64,000 bases of DNA from Octopus vulgaris (lineage: Eukaryota): assembly GCA_951406725.2 (NCBI GenBank), contig OX597815.1, forward strand, positions 106,206,001 to 106,270,000, written 5' to 3'. The notes under the pieces were generated by a model. That model did no database searches. It was not told where the DNA came from and saw nothing but the letters and a program-made list of their open reading frames with translations. Both the position numbers and the translations under genes were made by a program. Shown here piece after piece: positions 56,701-64,000 of this stretch (position 1 is its first letter; every line of letters begins with the position of its first letter).

Positions 56701-59133
56701 ACCTCACAGTTATGTAATCAATAAGGTGAAAATGGTTTGATCAGGGATGCTTCCAGGTAGTTTTGTGGTGGTTGAGGAGTTGGAAAATATTGGGGTCATC
56801 CCATAAATAATGCAGTACTTGCATCTGTGCCGGTGGCATGTGTAAAAAGATTCGAGCGAGGTCGTTGCCAGTACTGCCTGACTGGCCCCCGTGCCGGTGG
56901 CACGTAAAAGCACCCACTACACACTCGGAGTGGTTAGCGTTAGGAAGGGAATCCAGCTGTAGAAACTCTGCCAGATCTATGATTGGAGCCTGGTGCAGCC
57001 ATCTGGTTCGCCAGCCCTCAGTTAAATTGTCCAACCCATGCTAGCATGGAAAGCGGGCGTTAAACGATGATGATGAAAGTTCTTTTTTAATCTAAAATAT
57101 ACTCTCCTTCATGTTCCACAATGCTCTTTCATCTATCTGGTAGACTTGCAAGACCCCTTTTCCAAAATTCATTTGTCCATGATAAAAAATACTCCTCTAA
57201 TACTGTTCTGATCTTGAATTAATATTTTTTCCATCCAAATGATTTTGAAGACTGCAGAATAAATGATAATCAGATGGGGCAATCTCCGGCAAATAGAGTG
57301 GGTGGGGCATCACTTCTCATTCAAACTGCTCCAGCCTTTGGAATATCATCCTTGCTGATGTGACCAAGAATAATCCTGATGGAAGAACACTTTTCGTCTT
57401 GAAACCAAACATGGTCGTTTTTTTCTAGCGCTGACTTGAATGACTGGTTGAATGACCAAATCCAACCTTCTTTGCTAGTTCCTCAACAGTTACAATGGCA
57501 TTTTGTTCGACCAGGGTTTGCAGGGCGTCCTCATCAAGCTCTACAGATCTTCTAGGACAAGGCTTGTCTTCTAGGTTGTAGTTTCCAACTCAGAATTTCT
57601 GGAATCACTGTTGATACTGGCTTACGCTTATTGTCCAATCCTCATATACTGCATTAATATTCCTCACACTTTCCGTTGAGTTGTTGCCTTTATTGAACTC
57701 ATAAAGCAAAATATGCCAAATATGCTCTTTTGTCACTTCCATTGTAGCTTTGAAAAAAATAACTGTTAAAATCGTACTGCACTCTTCAAATCTTGCACTA
57801 AGAATAAGTGCAAGGTGACACTACTACCTGCTTTTATAGCAAGTTATGCAGATAGTTTATCCCATCTAGCCCCAACTTTTAGTTCATGCAATTGAAAAAA
57901 TCGCATTATTTATGGGATGACCCAATATTATTGGTAATCAAAAGTTCATACTCACTGTAAAGCAATAGCAGGAGATGGCCTTTGGAGTTTGCCTTACCAA
58001 CCCCATGCTTCCCTATTATGTCATCCCATATGGATGTATCATAGCATACATGTGTATTGAAATCACCAAGGAGGAGAAGTTTATCATGGATGGAGACACC
58101 TCTCAACTGGCTACATAGCTCAGAGTAGAACTGCTCTTTAACTTCTTCATTTGAGTTCATGGTTGGAGCATAGCAGCTGAAAATAGTTGCATATTTATTT
58201 TTGCCACTGTAGATGCACAATGACATGAGTCTTTTACTAATGCCAACAGGCAGAGATTCAAGTTGTTTCATCAAGTCATTCCATATAACAAACCCAACAC
58301 CTGCCTCTTTCTTTACTTCCTGAGGTTTACCTATCCAGAAAAAGTGTTTTCAATTTGCTTAATTTTCTGATGCAGGTTTGGGTGCCCAGTCATTTGCACC
58401 TAATGACAAGGAACAATGCAAGCAAACAATTTTTGGGTCGCATTTTCTTGACCTCTCCTCCATAGGAGGAAAGTGGTGTCATTCTAAACAGGTCTGCTTT
58501 GTAGTGAAAGGAGGACACGAATTACACAATTACCCACAAATGTTGTGTAAAGCAGCCATCTCCCTTTCACCACCTATTTGCAAAGTTCAAGCTAAGAACT
58601 TCCAGTGACATCCTTCACCTGTTCCCATCACTATCCCTTCATTGTCATAGGATTTATATATATATATATACTTTGATACTTTTCGGCCATTATTGGCCCA
58701 GGCCATGTCTAACTTAATAGCACCACCTGGTGCTATATATATATATATATATATATATAATAACAAAGATGACTCATGAATGGAAATTTTCAGACTTTAT
58801 TAATGTATCACAACATATGTTTCTGTATTCCACTGTTCATTTGTGAGAACATTTTCATATTCATAGGATATTATTAAAGATGATTTATGATATCTATGAG
58901 TTTTAATTTTGCTTTCATTCCATGTGTATGCTTCCTTGGGCAGTCACAATCATACATTTTTGCTAGCCCAATGCTTTCACTCAAAGACATTTAACATTTT
59001 ACACCAATCAGGATGTTCCATTAAATTTTGGGGTGTTACTTGTGAATCAACACAACATACTAAAGAGAGAGATTATGATAAAAGAGTGTGTGTGTATGAA
59101 TGTGCATATATATATATATATATATATATGCAC

Positions 59134-59164
<31 letters not shown>

Positions 59165-61944
59165 CATCATCATCATTGTCATTTAATGTCCGCTTTCCAT
59201 ACATGGGTTGAATGGTTTGACTGAGGACTGGCAAGCTAGAAGGCTGCACCAGGCTCCAATCTGATCTGGCAAAGTTTCTACAGCTGGATGCCCTTCCTAA
59301 CATCAACCACTCCAAGAGTGTAGCGGGTGCTTTTATATGCCACCGGCACGAGGGCCAGTCAGGCGGTACTGGCAACAATTATGCTCAAAAGGAGTTTTTT
59401 ACGTGCCACCTGCACAGGAGCCAGTCTGGCGGCACTGGCTACAACCACACTGGAATGTTTTTTTTTCACGTGCCAGTAAGGTAATGCTGGCAACAATCAC
59501 GCTCGAATGGTGCTTTTTACGTGGCCCTGGCAATGATGATGCTCAGATGGTGCTTTTAATATTCCATTGGCACAAGTGTCAATCAGGCAGTACTGACATT
59601 GACAAGACACTTACAGTTTTATATTTAAGAGATGAGGAATTATTTACATTTGATGGATATTTGTCCTCATCTTGTTTGTTGACCTGAATAATAATAATAA
59701 CAACAACATTGAAAAATACCTTAGGAATGAGAACCCAGGTTCGAAATTTCCCCAAGACACCTGATGAAGGCTAGAGGGTATATCAGCTGAGACATGTTAA
59801 CAACAAACAAGATGAGGACAAATATCCATCAAATATAAATAATGTAGAAGACACTTGCCCAAAGTGCAATGCAATAAGGCTGAACTCAAACCCCATAATG
59901 TGAGCTTCTTAAACACACAGCCATTAAATTCTTTTCTTAATTTTGATATTTTGTATGCCATGTGATAGATTTCATTAAGACTAAAATAGGAGTAAAATGT
60001 CAGAGCCGTGTGAGAAACATTTCACCCTTTCACACACTTCAACACTATTCCATTAGTGTGACAGCAAACACATGCAAGCTAATTATCATATAAGGTTTGA
60101 CACTAACCTAAGTTTTAAATATATTAGAATTAACTAAATTATATATATTATGTTAACATTATTAATAGGTAAGATAGTGATAACATTTAATGCTAGTAGG
60201 AAGAGTATAGCATGAGTTGATTGTGATTAAATGTACTAATTAGTAATATAATTGTAGGTTTCAACATTCGGAGGACCAGATATAACTGAATGAACTAAAC
60301 TGTTTGATTATGAGACACAGTGACATGTATGAAGTTACTGTTCAATAAATGGAATTACCCAGTAATGGTTATACTACCATGAAAGCCAATTTTGGCTTCA
60401 CAGGGTTTCTACAACACCAGTAAACTGGATGGGACACTTTCTAACCTCCAGTGGCAAAGAGCCAGCACCATACTTCTACCAATCTTTCTGATGTGTGCTG
60501 AGATTAATTTTTCCTAAATTCTTGTGTACAAAACCAACTGGTAAATTGTCTGAAATAGGTCTATAATATTGTATTGTATAAATAATGTATGTGTGTTGTG
60601 AGGATATCTAAGTCCTAACATTCTGAGCAAAGTCCATTGTTCAAAGAAATGATGGCGTACTGGATGATTGTGAATAAAGATATTGGGAATGTAATCCCTC
60701 TCCTAGGAACCTCTTCCCTTGTTATGCATCTTGCACTCCCAGCACCATCTCTACCACTAGATTGACACTGAATGCCCCTTTCATGCCTGCCATCAACACC
60801 CGCTCCTTTTATTGTAACCCACTATATCCACCCTGTGTACCTCTAATCCTCATCTCTTTCACTGTTCCTCTTCTCTCCCCTCTATACTTCACCTCACTTC
60901 CCTACTTCTCACCTGTCTATGGTTTTATAATACTATTGTTCTCTCACAAAACTTCATATATTACACCCTATTACCTCCTCTTCCTTGATCCATTTATTTT
61001 TTTTTTGCTTACATTCCTTCAAACTGAGATTAACCATTGCCCAATTTTCTATCTATGTTCATCATCCACTTCATTCACTTCTATCCTCATATCTACTGTC
61101 AGTCATCTTTCACATTCTCACAAACCTACCAACCCACCCAGCTATCCTCAATTATCTGTCCCAGTTCTCTCTTTATCCAATTTCTTGTACCTTAAAGATA
61201 TGCCCTGACACCTCATTTCCACCATCTTTTGTCCCTTTCCTGCTGGGGTATTCATATGTCTCCTCTACAGTAAGACATTTCCTGCCCCTCAACACCTGGA
61301 ACAAAACCACTTCCCTCAACTCTACACTCTAATTCCATCAAGGGATTTGTCTTGCAAGTTACTTGGTGATCTCATGAGTGCTAATGCCATGAAAAAAAAA
61401 ACACCACATAGACTCCCTTAAGTTGTTGGAATTAGAAACCTTGTCAAAGCAGATTCTGGTGCCCAACACAGCTCTTTGGCTAGTTGGATCCTGTCAAACC
61501 ATCCAACCCATTCCAGAATAGAATACAGATGTTAAATGATGATGAGATAGTTACACACATGCATGCGCGCACACACTCACATGGTAACAAATTGGTAAGT
61601 ACCATGCAAATTAATGGGGTTAATACAAACAACTAAAATACTTCAAAGCATTAAAATGACTCACAAACAGAGAGATCTTCACAATTCAAATACTGAAATT
61701 ACTAAAAGAATAAATAATCTTTTTTTTTTTGCAGGCTGTCAAAACTATCTTTGAAGAAAAGGATTTGGGCATGAAGTTCTCTGAGGAGATTGTAAATGTA
61801 GCCAGAGATATCTTACAACATAAAATCCCTCACACTTGGAACAAACTGATTGGAGAGACAGCCCCTCCATGCACCATTGACTTGATGCAATGGATTCAAC
61901 AGTTGCAAAATAGATCTCTTTTCCTTGAAAAAATTACTTATTTT
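2470..61944 (+). CDS. Multi-exon gene (25 exons in window, 5' and 3' incomplete) encoding the C-terminal half of a divergent dynein heavy chain (stalk/MTBD, AAA5, strut, AAA6, C-terminal domain)
   Basis: 25 GT-AG exons join with matching phases into one open frame of 4103 nt. Dynein-like motifs occur in the expected order: IESIRGFANPPNLV (MTBD H1-H2), SWKAVQHIL, AKHASKDVAILLQYV (H6/CC2), NCIMASSFLSYCSPF, WPILCDP (AAA5), GDLEVECNPSFRLYLHT, LHPLYRCPYSSFLKLF, WRALRP, WIILKNAH (AAA6), KIPHTW. Subfamily not determined. Confidence 0.9.
3647..3842 (+). CDS. Dynein HC exon 2 (MTBD H1-H2)
   Basis: ttgtag|ATC...ACA|gtaagt; IYFWKSKIDRNCIESIRGFANPPNLVVHVINIVLIMTGK...; phase 0 to 1. Confidence 0.88.
4215..4328 (+). 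CDS. Dynein HC exon 3 (MTBD H3-H4)
   Basis: aatag|AA...AAG|gtaaaa; FQISWKAVQHILSESKKFIDLLHNFSF; phase 1 to 1. Confidence 0.85.
5058..5129 (+). CDS. Dynein HC exon 4 (72 nt, MTBD H5/insert)
   Basis: poly-T tract, ttttag|CA...CAG|gtatgg; AISSYLSPQEIQINLQSIQTAVQS; symmetric phase 1-1, so the frame does not prove inclusion. Confidence 0.7.
6389..6609 (+). CDS. Dynein HC exon 5 (MTBD H6 / start of CC2)
   Basis: ccatag|AT...AAT|gtaagc; ITVAEAKHASKDVAILLQYVLSLVVYSTFCKELQELNETIKELEEQI; phase 1 to 0. Confidence 0.88.
7255..8858 (+). mobile_element. 5'-truncated, decayed RTE copy (RT C-half to tail)
   Basis: IDEWLIRAVQ, GIHQGSALSPLLF, LLHADDL, partial zinc finger, FHYLGDQV; ends aaacgatgatgatg. Confidence 0.92.
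9235..9910 (+). mobile_element. Mariner remnant (internally deleted transposase)
   Basis: MKFCIKLARSATETLNMLWQAYGD...DDEQSGRP (HTH region); later HDDNAP and HPPYSPDLAP. Confidence 0.88.
10013..10095. repeat. (TA)n/(CA)n microsatellite
   Basis: Directly visible. Confidence 0.95.
10128..10321 (+). CDS. Dynein HC exon 6 (stalk CC2)
   Basis: tttcag|GAG...AG|gtagtt; LEKEIESLQRPYREAVELKHSLEKELQNKNDEIKATRLLLE is heptad-like; phase 0 to 2. Confidence 0.85.
10843..11690 (+). mobile_element. Same tRNA-SINE, split at its internal microsatellite by a ~390-bp insert (about 11025-11410)
   Basis: Head 10843-11010 and tail 11460-11690 are collinear with the 26585 copy. Confidence 0.85.
14150..15420 (+). 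mobile_element. Highly decayed Crack/Daphne/L2-group LINE (endonuclease-linker region)
   Basis: Fragments KEP*MTNGILIS, LSDYLPYF and IAEHFNRYFYSIG; many stops; limits approximate. Confidence 0.55.
15766..15891 (+). CDS. Dynein HC exon 7 (end of stalk)
   Basis: tttcag|T...AG|gttagt; LKSKESEWCSVAEKESSDTLIYNCIMASSFLSYCSPFNIQTR resembles dynein E..RW....L.GD.LLAAAFLSY.GPF; phase 2-2. Confidence 0.9.
16457..16565 (+). CDS. Dynein HC exon 8
   Basis: tttcag|G...CCT|gtaagt; EKICNQFKKICSEHGFLQNCHQVFEDLSLHEFLFPP; phase 2 to 0. Confidence 0.85.
17531..17716 (+). CDS. Dynein HC exon 9 (AAA5)
   Basis: ttttag|CTT...AAT|gtaagt; SSLPTSKVFLENCCFFVDDKMWTTWPILCDPNCWAL; phase 0-0. Confidence 0.9.
18500..19500 (-). 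mobile_element. Decayed R4/Dong-like non-LTR RT fragment
   Basis: RIVNYIFHMDDIIKLY, LEKCNKV and YRYIGI fragments in the correct order. Confidence 0.6.
19767..19922 (+). CDS. Dynein HC exon 10 (AAA5)
   Basis: tttcag|GCT...TGG|gtaagt; ALESQLEMCLNEGLILFVTNCD...FKIW; phase 0-0. Confidence 0.88.
21371..21580 (+). CDS. Dynein HC exon 11 (AAA5)
   Basis: tttcag|ACT...CAA|gtaacc; TGDLEVECNPSFRLYLHTSS...REKSQLKDERNHFLQ; phase 0-0. Confidence 0.92.
21745..22265 (-). mobile_element. Old RTE 3' fragment
   Basis: (CAT)n tail, ggatgcccttcctaac block, ORF-end sequence cttccacaggttccctc. Confidence 0.75.
23105..23165. repeat. (TG)n microsatellite
   Basis: Directly visible. Confidence 0.95.
23417..23562 (+). 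CDS. Dynein HC exon 12 (strut/buttress)
   Basis: tttcag|GAG...CG|gtaaat; LETEDKLLMGLCQEVDLLKSKQTVKELTEL; phase 0 to 2. Confidence 0.88.
23950..24335 (-). mobile_element. tRNA-SINE copy (other partial copies at about 8945-9080, 13620-13830, 22620-22870, 38072-38260, 59845-59925)
   Basis: Reverse complement of the 26585 family, with internal (CA)n. Confidence 0.8.
25114..25302 (+). CDS. Dynein HC exon 13
   Basis: cttcag|A...TG|gtaaag; LASQGAICYYTMQHMKQLHPLYRCPYSSFLKLFHSVI; phase 2-2. Confidence 0.9.
25333..25403. repeat. (CT)n/(TA)n microsatellite just after exon 13
   Basis: Directly visible. Confidence 0.95.
25404..25555 (-). mobile_element. RTE 3'-tail fragment (further copies at about 3205-3480, 12190-12375, 45340-45545, 50480-50690, 51908-52135, 55835-55995, 59163-59600, 61370-61545)
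   Basis: catcatc-gtttaacgtccg...ccatgctagcatgggttggacgg...ctacagctggatgcccttcctaacgcc shared with ORF-bearing copies. Confidence 0.88.
26585..27000 (+). mobile_element. Full-length tRNA-derived SINE (octopus OK/OR-type family) with internal (TA)n(TG)n
   Basis: tRNA-like head with A-box-like TGGCTGTGTG and B-box-like GATTGAGTCC, conserved body, A-rich tail; multi-copy in window. Confidence 0.88.
27566..27677 (+). CDS. Dynein HC exon 14
   Basis: ccacag|T...GAG|gtaaga; ADQLTYLANQNMIQTLRYQDRIVFTLFLAFE; phase 2 to 0. Confidence 0.88.
27870..28765 (+). mobile_element. Decayed RTE LINE of a second family (RT C-half)
   Basis: FNFVMRKAM..WGEGRLCDMVYADSI, FKYLGS, GRPPKNW fragments across frameshifts. 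Confidence 0.8.
28813..30415 (-). mobile_element. 5'-truncated decayed RTE copy (older subfamily with a different 3' UTR 42-bp repeat at about 29130-29240)
   Basis: ORF fragments 30203-30397 (VHQGLVLNPLLF) and 29561-29830 (MLHGSETW); (CAT)n tail at 28813. Confidence 0.9.
31329..31717 (+). CDS. Dynein HC exon 15
   Basis: attcag|ATT...AA|gtaagt; NPFEWMPDEVFHNL...LTPLQILCFWRALRPKEFLLEATSYISSVLG; phase 0 to 2. Confidence 0.92.
32300..32785 (+). mobile_element. CR1/Jockey-like LINE 3'-end remnants (similar at about 6880-7045, 52250-52680, 54200-54440)
   Basis: Recurring cagaactaccactctatggaac...tttttcctgta...atcaatctcaccaacc motif (LWNSLP..VFP-like ORF end). Confidence 0.45.
33300..34100. repeat. 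Tandem array of 13 units of ~61 bp (alternating A/B subunits) in the RTE 3' UTR
   Basis: Recurring GAACGGATGGTGCTTTTACGTG(C/T)CACC...GCCAG...CTGGCAA; TTTACGT counted 13 times at roughly 60-62 bp spacing. Confidence 0.95.
34146..36625 (-). pseudogene. RTE ORF (EN-RT-PHD-C-term), open except for one 1-nt deletion near 34740
   Basis: Frame is open from 36625 to 34733. This copy reads TTCCAGGGGAAAAACTAG where the copy at ~7783 reads CTCCAGGGGGAGAAACTAG (QGEKLEVV). The downstream frame continues to the stop at 34146. Confidence 0.9.
36802..37024 (+). CDS. Dynein HC exon 16 (AAA6)
   Basis: cttcag|A...CAG|gtaaat; FVANFLPNIPLVVTMTNPTYPILVFT...; phase 2 to 0. Confidence 0.88.
37603..37672. repeat. 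Perfect 35-bp tandem duplication
   Basis: gtggaaaccaggatgagctttagcctaatgagcct x2. Confidence 0.95.
37810..38065. repeat. Degenerate ~18-20-bp minisatellite
   Basis: Recurring taactagag(a/g)cacta-like units. Confidence 0.55.
38387..38575 (+). CDS. Dynein HC exon 17 (AAA6)
   Basis: atcaag|GAC...ATG|gtgaga; DVWIILKNAHNWPSLL...PMFRCCLSV...LPTQLLDGCFKIFIDSP; phase 0-0. Confidence 0.9.
39490..40120 (-). mobile_element. RTE internal fragment (EN end / linker)
   Basis: ORF 39795-40064 LPGEECTPQYRLVISDF...RRIWKLK is homologous to 36380-36560. Confidence 0.85.
41590..42419 (+). mobile_element. Mariner-derived non-autonomous element with long inverted ends
   Basis: TA-flanked; ~120-bp inverted termini plus further inverted matches (41739-41766 vs 42146-42173); centre encodes a decayed transposase N-terminus (QKVYGEECMS...AKFVPKLL). 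Confidence 0.88.
42536..42730 (+). CDS. Dynein HC exon 18
   Basis: ttttag|CAT...CAA|gtaagt; WPLLLYNICMLYMTFHLRTNMIHGWVN...STDLQ; phase 0-0. Confidence 0.88.
43020..43210 (-). mobile_element. Second SINE family (copies also at about 105-245, 4505-4690, 13010-13180, 17755-17970, 30590-30725, 42770-42990, 43240-43420, 44230-44375)
   Basis: Recurring ggatgaaa(a)ggcaaagt(c/t)gac...gaatttgaactcagaac block with tRNA-like B box (GAGTTCAAATTC on the element strand). Confidence 0.75.
44901..45017 (+). CDS. Dynein HC exon 19
   Basis: tttcag|GAA...GAG|gtaatt; ...PISLSAIRYVFSE; phase 0-0. Confidence 0.85.
45720..45831 (+). CDS. Dynein HC exon 20
   Basis: ctacag|ATA...T|gtaagt; IIFGRYLQHTRDQICLKGMVEYL (cf. 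dynein I.YGGR..D..D...L); phase 0 to 1. Confidence 0.85.
47843..47973 (+). CDS. Dynein HC exon 21
   Basis: cctcag|TG...GAG|gtacag; QQELGKIPNQFLASPQMCHLH; phase 1 to 0. Confidence 0.8.
48519..48630 (+). CDS. Dynein HC exon 22
   Basis: ctttag|GCA...G|gtatgt; ALPKNEEYVLKQLDMLLTSLPPKTS; phase 0 to 1. Confidence 0.75.
49100..50265 (+). mobile_element. Young RTE copy, 5'-truncated, with ~665-nt internal deletion
   Basis: EKAFDRVPRSLIWW...MYRDAAS joined directly to KGRLYDACVRTAMLHGS; 3' UTR and (GAT)n tail intact. Confidence 0.93.
51102..51232 (+). CDS. Dynein HC exon 23
   Basis: aatcag|AT...AAG|gtaagt; IEMWRLCVTLITKLPRILSK; phase 1 to 0. Confidence 0.82.
52680..53907 (-). mobile_element. Near full-length decayed mariner transposase
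   Basis: RSVIRFLYLKGCTPKEIFDEMKEVYSDDAPSY; IMDFLAKGTTIN...LLQDNG; HPPYSPDFTPSDFH; many frameshifts. Confidence 0.9.
54513..54629 (+). CDS. Dynein HC exon 24 (C-terminal domain)
   Basis: tttcag|GAA...CAG|gtttga; TVYNKFILEEIFLLHKIVNEVKTSVQ (cf. P...FL.QE..R...L...I..SL); phase 0-0. Confidence 0.85.
56790..57925 (-). mobile_element. Internally deleted mariner with both TIRs and TA TSD
   Basis: TIRs ttggggtcatcccataaataatgc / gcattatttatgggatgacccaa flanked by TA; MEVTKEHIWHILLYEFNKG and HPLYLPEIAPSDYHLF remnants. Confidence 0.9.
56821..57075 (+). mobile_element. RTE 3'-tail insertion nested just inside the mariner TIR
   Basis: Two UTR units, the ggaagggaatccagctgtag block and a (GAT)n tail. 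Confidence 0.9.
59629..59843. mobile_element. Penelope-like remnant with 43-bp inverted arms and a degenerate hammerhead core
   Basis: 59639-59681 vs 59801-59843 inverted with 1 mismatch; CTGATGA at 59761 followed by a GGCT...AGCT stem and GAGAC. Confidence 0.7.
61735..61944 (+). CDS. Dynein HC exon 25 (C-terminal domain)
   Basis: ttgcag|GCT...TTT|gtgagt; FSEEIVNVARDILQHKIPHTWNKL...LMQWIQQLQNRSLFL; phase 0-0. Confidence 0.9.
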
Positions 61945-63084
61945 GTGAGTTTCTTTGCAGTCTAATTAATAGATTTTTATATCCCCATAGATGTGGACTG
62001 AACTTTTAAAGGATTTAATGTTTAACCCTGAAACAGCAGAAAAAGGTTCCATAAATGTGTGTGCCAAATGGACAAACAAACAAAAGCTATCACTTTTCTA
62101 AAGGATAATTTTTATATTTATTTTCACTTGAAATAAGTACAATTGCTATAAAAATTATCAGTCTCTTGCACAGTAAAATTTACAATCTCATTATCAAAAA
62201 GTGCCATAAAATATTCAATTTCTTTTGATGATGTCCACTGTTTAAAGGTTAAGATCTTTACAACTAGTCAAGCTGAAAGGGGCTTTTTTATAATGGCTTC
62301 GCAAGAGGAGAAGGGTATCTCCCACAGCTTCCATGTTTCGTGATAGAAACAGTGTAAGTTAGCCTCACTCAAGGGATATGGACTGAATGCTTGTTGCAAC
62401 AAAGTGGACTGTGCTCAGGGTACCCAAGTATCAGTGGGTAGTGTTAAACTAATGTCAGAAATTACAATTGTGCTTGTCTAGTCATATATGTAGTTGTTCT
62501 TCCACACAATGTGGTACTGCAGCATGTCTTTAGCTATGATAGCCAAAACAAAACATTGGCCCTATAGCTGTGGAGTTGAACAGCTAGTTTACTGACCATG
62601 CAGGCCTGAGATCATATCTTACTACAGACATGTTGCTGTAACTCTATGTAAAATACATGTCTGTAAGACCAAACTAAAGTGTATTACAGCTATATTGGTC
62701 CCACATCATCTTCACACTTGACTAGTTAATAGTATGCAAACTGCATTATTCAGCCAACAATGTACAAATGTTCATATTTGCTCACCCATACCACACACAT
62801 TGTTCCATTTAGTCACAGAAGTATGAACTGTGCCATTGACTTATTCAAGTCCTTGAATTTCTTTAGGTCGAGTGCTTATAGAGTGGTTCACTGTACTTCC
62901 ACATAGAACCTATTTTACAGCTTAATGGATCCAATCAGGGAAACCATAACCTCTAAAATATGGCACACATTACCAAGTCTTGCTTGCTTATGAATGATGC
63001 TTGTGTGTGTGTGTATTGGAAGATGGACATTAAACAATGATGATATATGACAAAAGAACAATGCCACCTACATATATATATATG

Positions 63085-63857
63085 TAGGATAGCTGTGTGA
63101 AAAAGTGTCACACCCTCGCAGTTGAGGGAACCTGTGGTAGAGGAAGACCTAGGATGAAGTGGTGAAGCACGACCTTTGAACATTAGGCCTCACTGAGGCA
63201 ATGACTAGTGACTGAAACCTTTGGAAATATGTTGTGCTTGAGTAGACCCGGCAAGCCAAGTCAGACCATAACCCGTGGCCTATGCCAGTGGTGTAACCAG
63301 CCCATTTACGCATACCTTTCCTTGGACACTAAACTCTGCTTGCAAAGACCTGTTGAGGCAAATGAAATTGAAATCAAATGCAATGACAGCACTGCATGAC
63401 TGGCATCCATGCTAGTGGAGCGCTAAGAGCACCATCCGAGCATGATTGTTGCCAGGGCCACTGACTCGCTTCCATGCCTGTGGCACGTAAAAAGCACTAT
63501 TCGAGCATAATTGTTACCAGCATCGCCTTACTGGCACTTGTGCCAGTGGCACATGAAAAACTACATTCAAGCGAGGTCATTGCCAGTGCCACTAGACTGG
63601 CTCCTGTGCAGGTGGCACATAAAAAACACCATTTGAGCGTGGCTGTTGCCAGTACCACCTGACTGGCCCTCATGCCAGTGGCATGTAAAAGCACCCACTA
63701 CACTCTTGGAGTGGTTGGCGTTAAGAAGGATATCCAGCTGTAGAAACTTTGCCAGATCAGATTGGAGCCTGGTGTAGCCATCTGGCTCACCAGTCCTCAG
63801 TTAAACCCATGCCAGCATGGAAAGCGGACGTTAAACAATGATGATGATGATGATGAT
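63085..63857 (+). mobile_element. RTE 3' fragment with about 5 UTR repeat units
   Basis: gtgtgaaaaagtgtcacaccctcgcagttgagggaacc ORF end; gtggcacgtaaaaagcac units; (GAT)n tail. Confidence 0.9.
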
Positions 63858-64000
63858 ACTATTGTAAAAGATAAATATTTTTTTACAATGATACAAGACC
63901 AAAAATGTCTTCTGGAGGAATATAGTTGATTGAACTAATGCATACTAGTTTTAATTTTATTAACATAACTAGTTTTAATTTTATTAACCCTGAAATGAAA

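Larger units (their letters stand above)
56280..58650 (-). mobile_element. Decayed BovB-like RTE (5' region and APE endonuclease), interrupted by a mariner at 56790-57925
   Basis: ORF 57906-58274 SCYAPTM..KEQFYSEL..LLGDFN..IIGKHGVG..LLITN continues across the insertion as IFQLLNHHKTTWKHP*SNHFHLIDYI; outer limits approximate. Confidence 0.85.

Noticed and set aside
60762-61332. 148-aa and 115-aa ORFs
   Set aside because: Pyrimidine-rich low-complexity intron sequence with no recognisable motifs or fitting splice phases

Overview
AT-rich, microsatellite- and repeat-dense eukaryotic DNA. The SINE and RTE repeat families resemble those I recall from octopus/cephalopod genomes (inferred, not database-checked). 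The window lies inside one large + strand gene. By hand I traced 25 GT-AG exons (2470-61944; 4103 nt, about 1367 codons) with consistent phases and no internal stop. They encode the C-terminal half of a strongly divergent dynein heavy chain: stalk CC1, microtubule-binding domain, CC2, AAA5, strut, AAA6 and the start of the C-terminal domain. Neither the start nor the stop codon is in the window. The introns hold many copies of one RTE-clade LINE. The best copy (33144-36627, minus strand) has a 9-bp TSD, one frameshift, a PHD-type zinc finger after the RT domain and a 13-unit array of structured ~61-bp repeats in its 3' UTR. Also present are other LINE relics (BovB-like RTE, R4/Dong-like, Crack/L2-like, CR1-like), four mariner derivatives, two tRNA-derived SINE families and Penelope-like inverted-repeat remnants with hammerhead-like cores. 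The most unusual observations are the predicted tandem H-type pseudoknot/hairpin array in the RTE 3' UTR, the in-ORF PHD finger, the remodelled dynein stalk and a hammerhead-like core with a U3-A8 variant. All reading was by eye. Repeat boundaries are approximate unless a TSD or TIR is cited.
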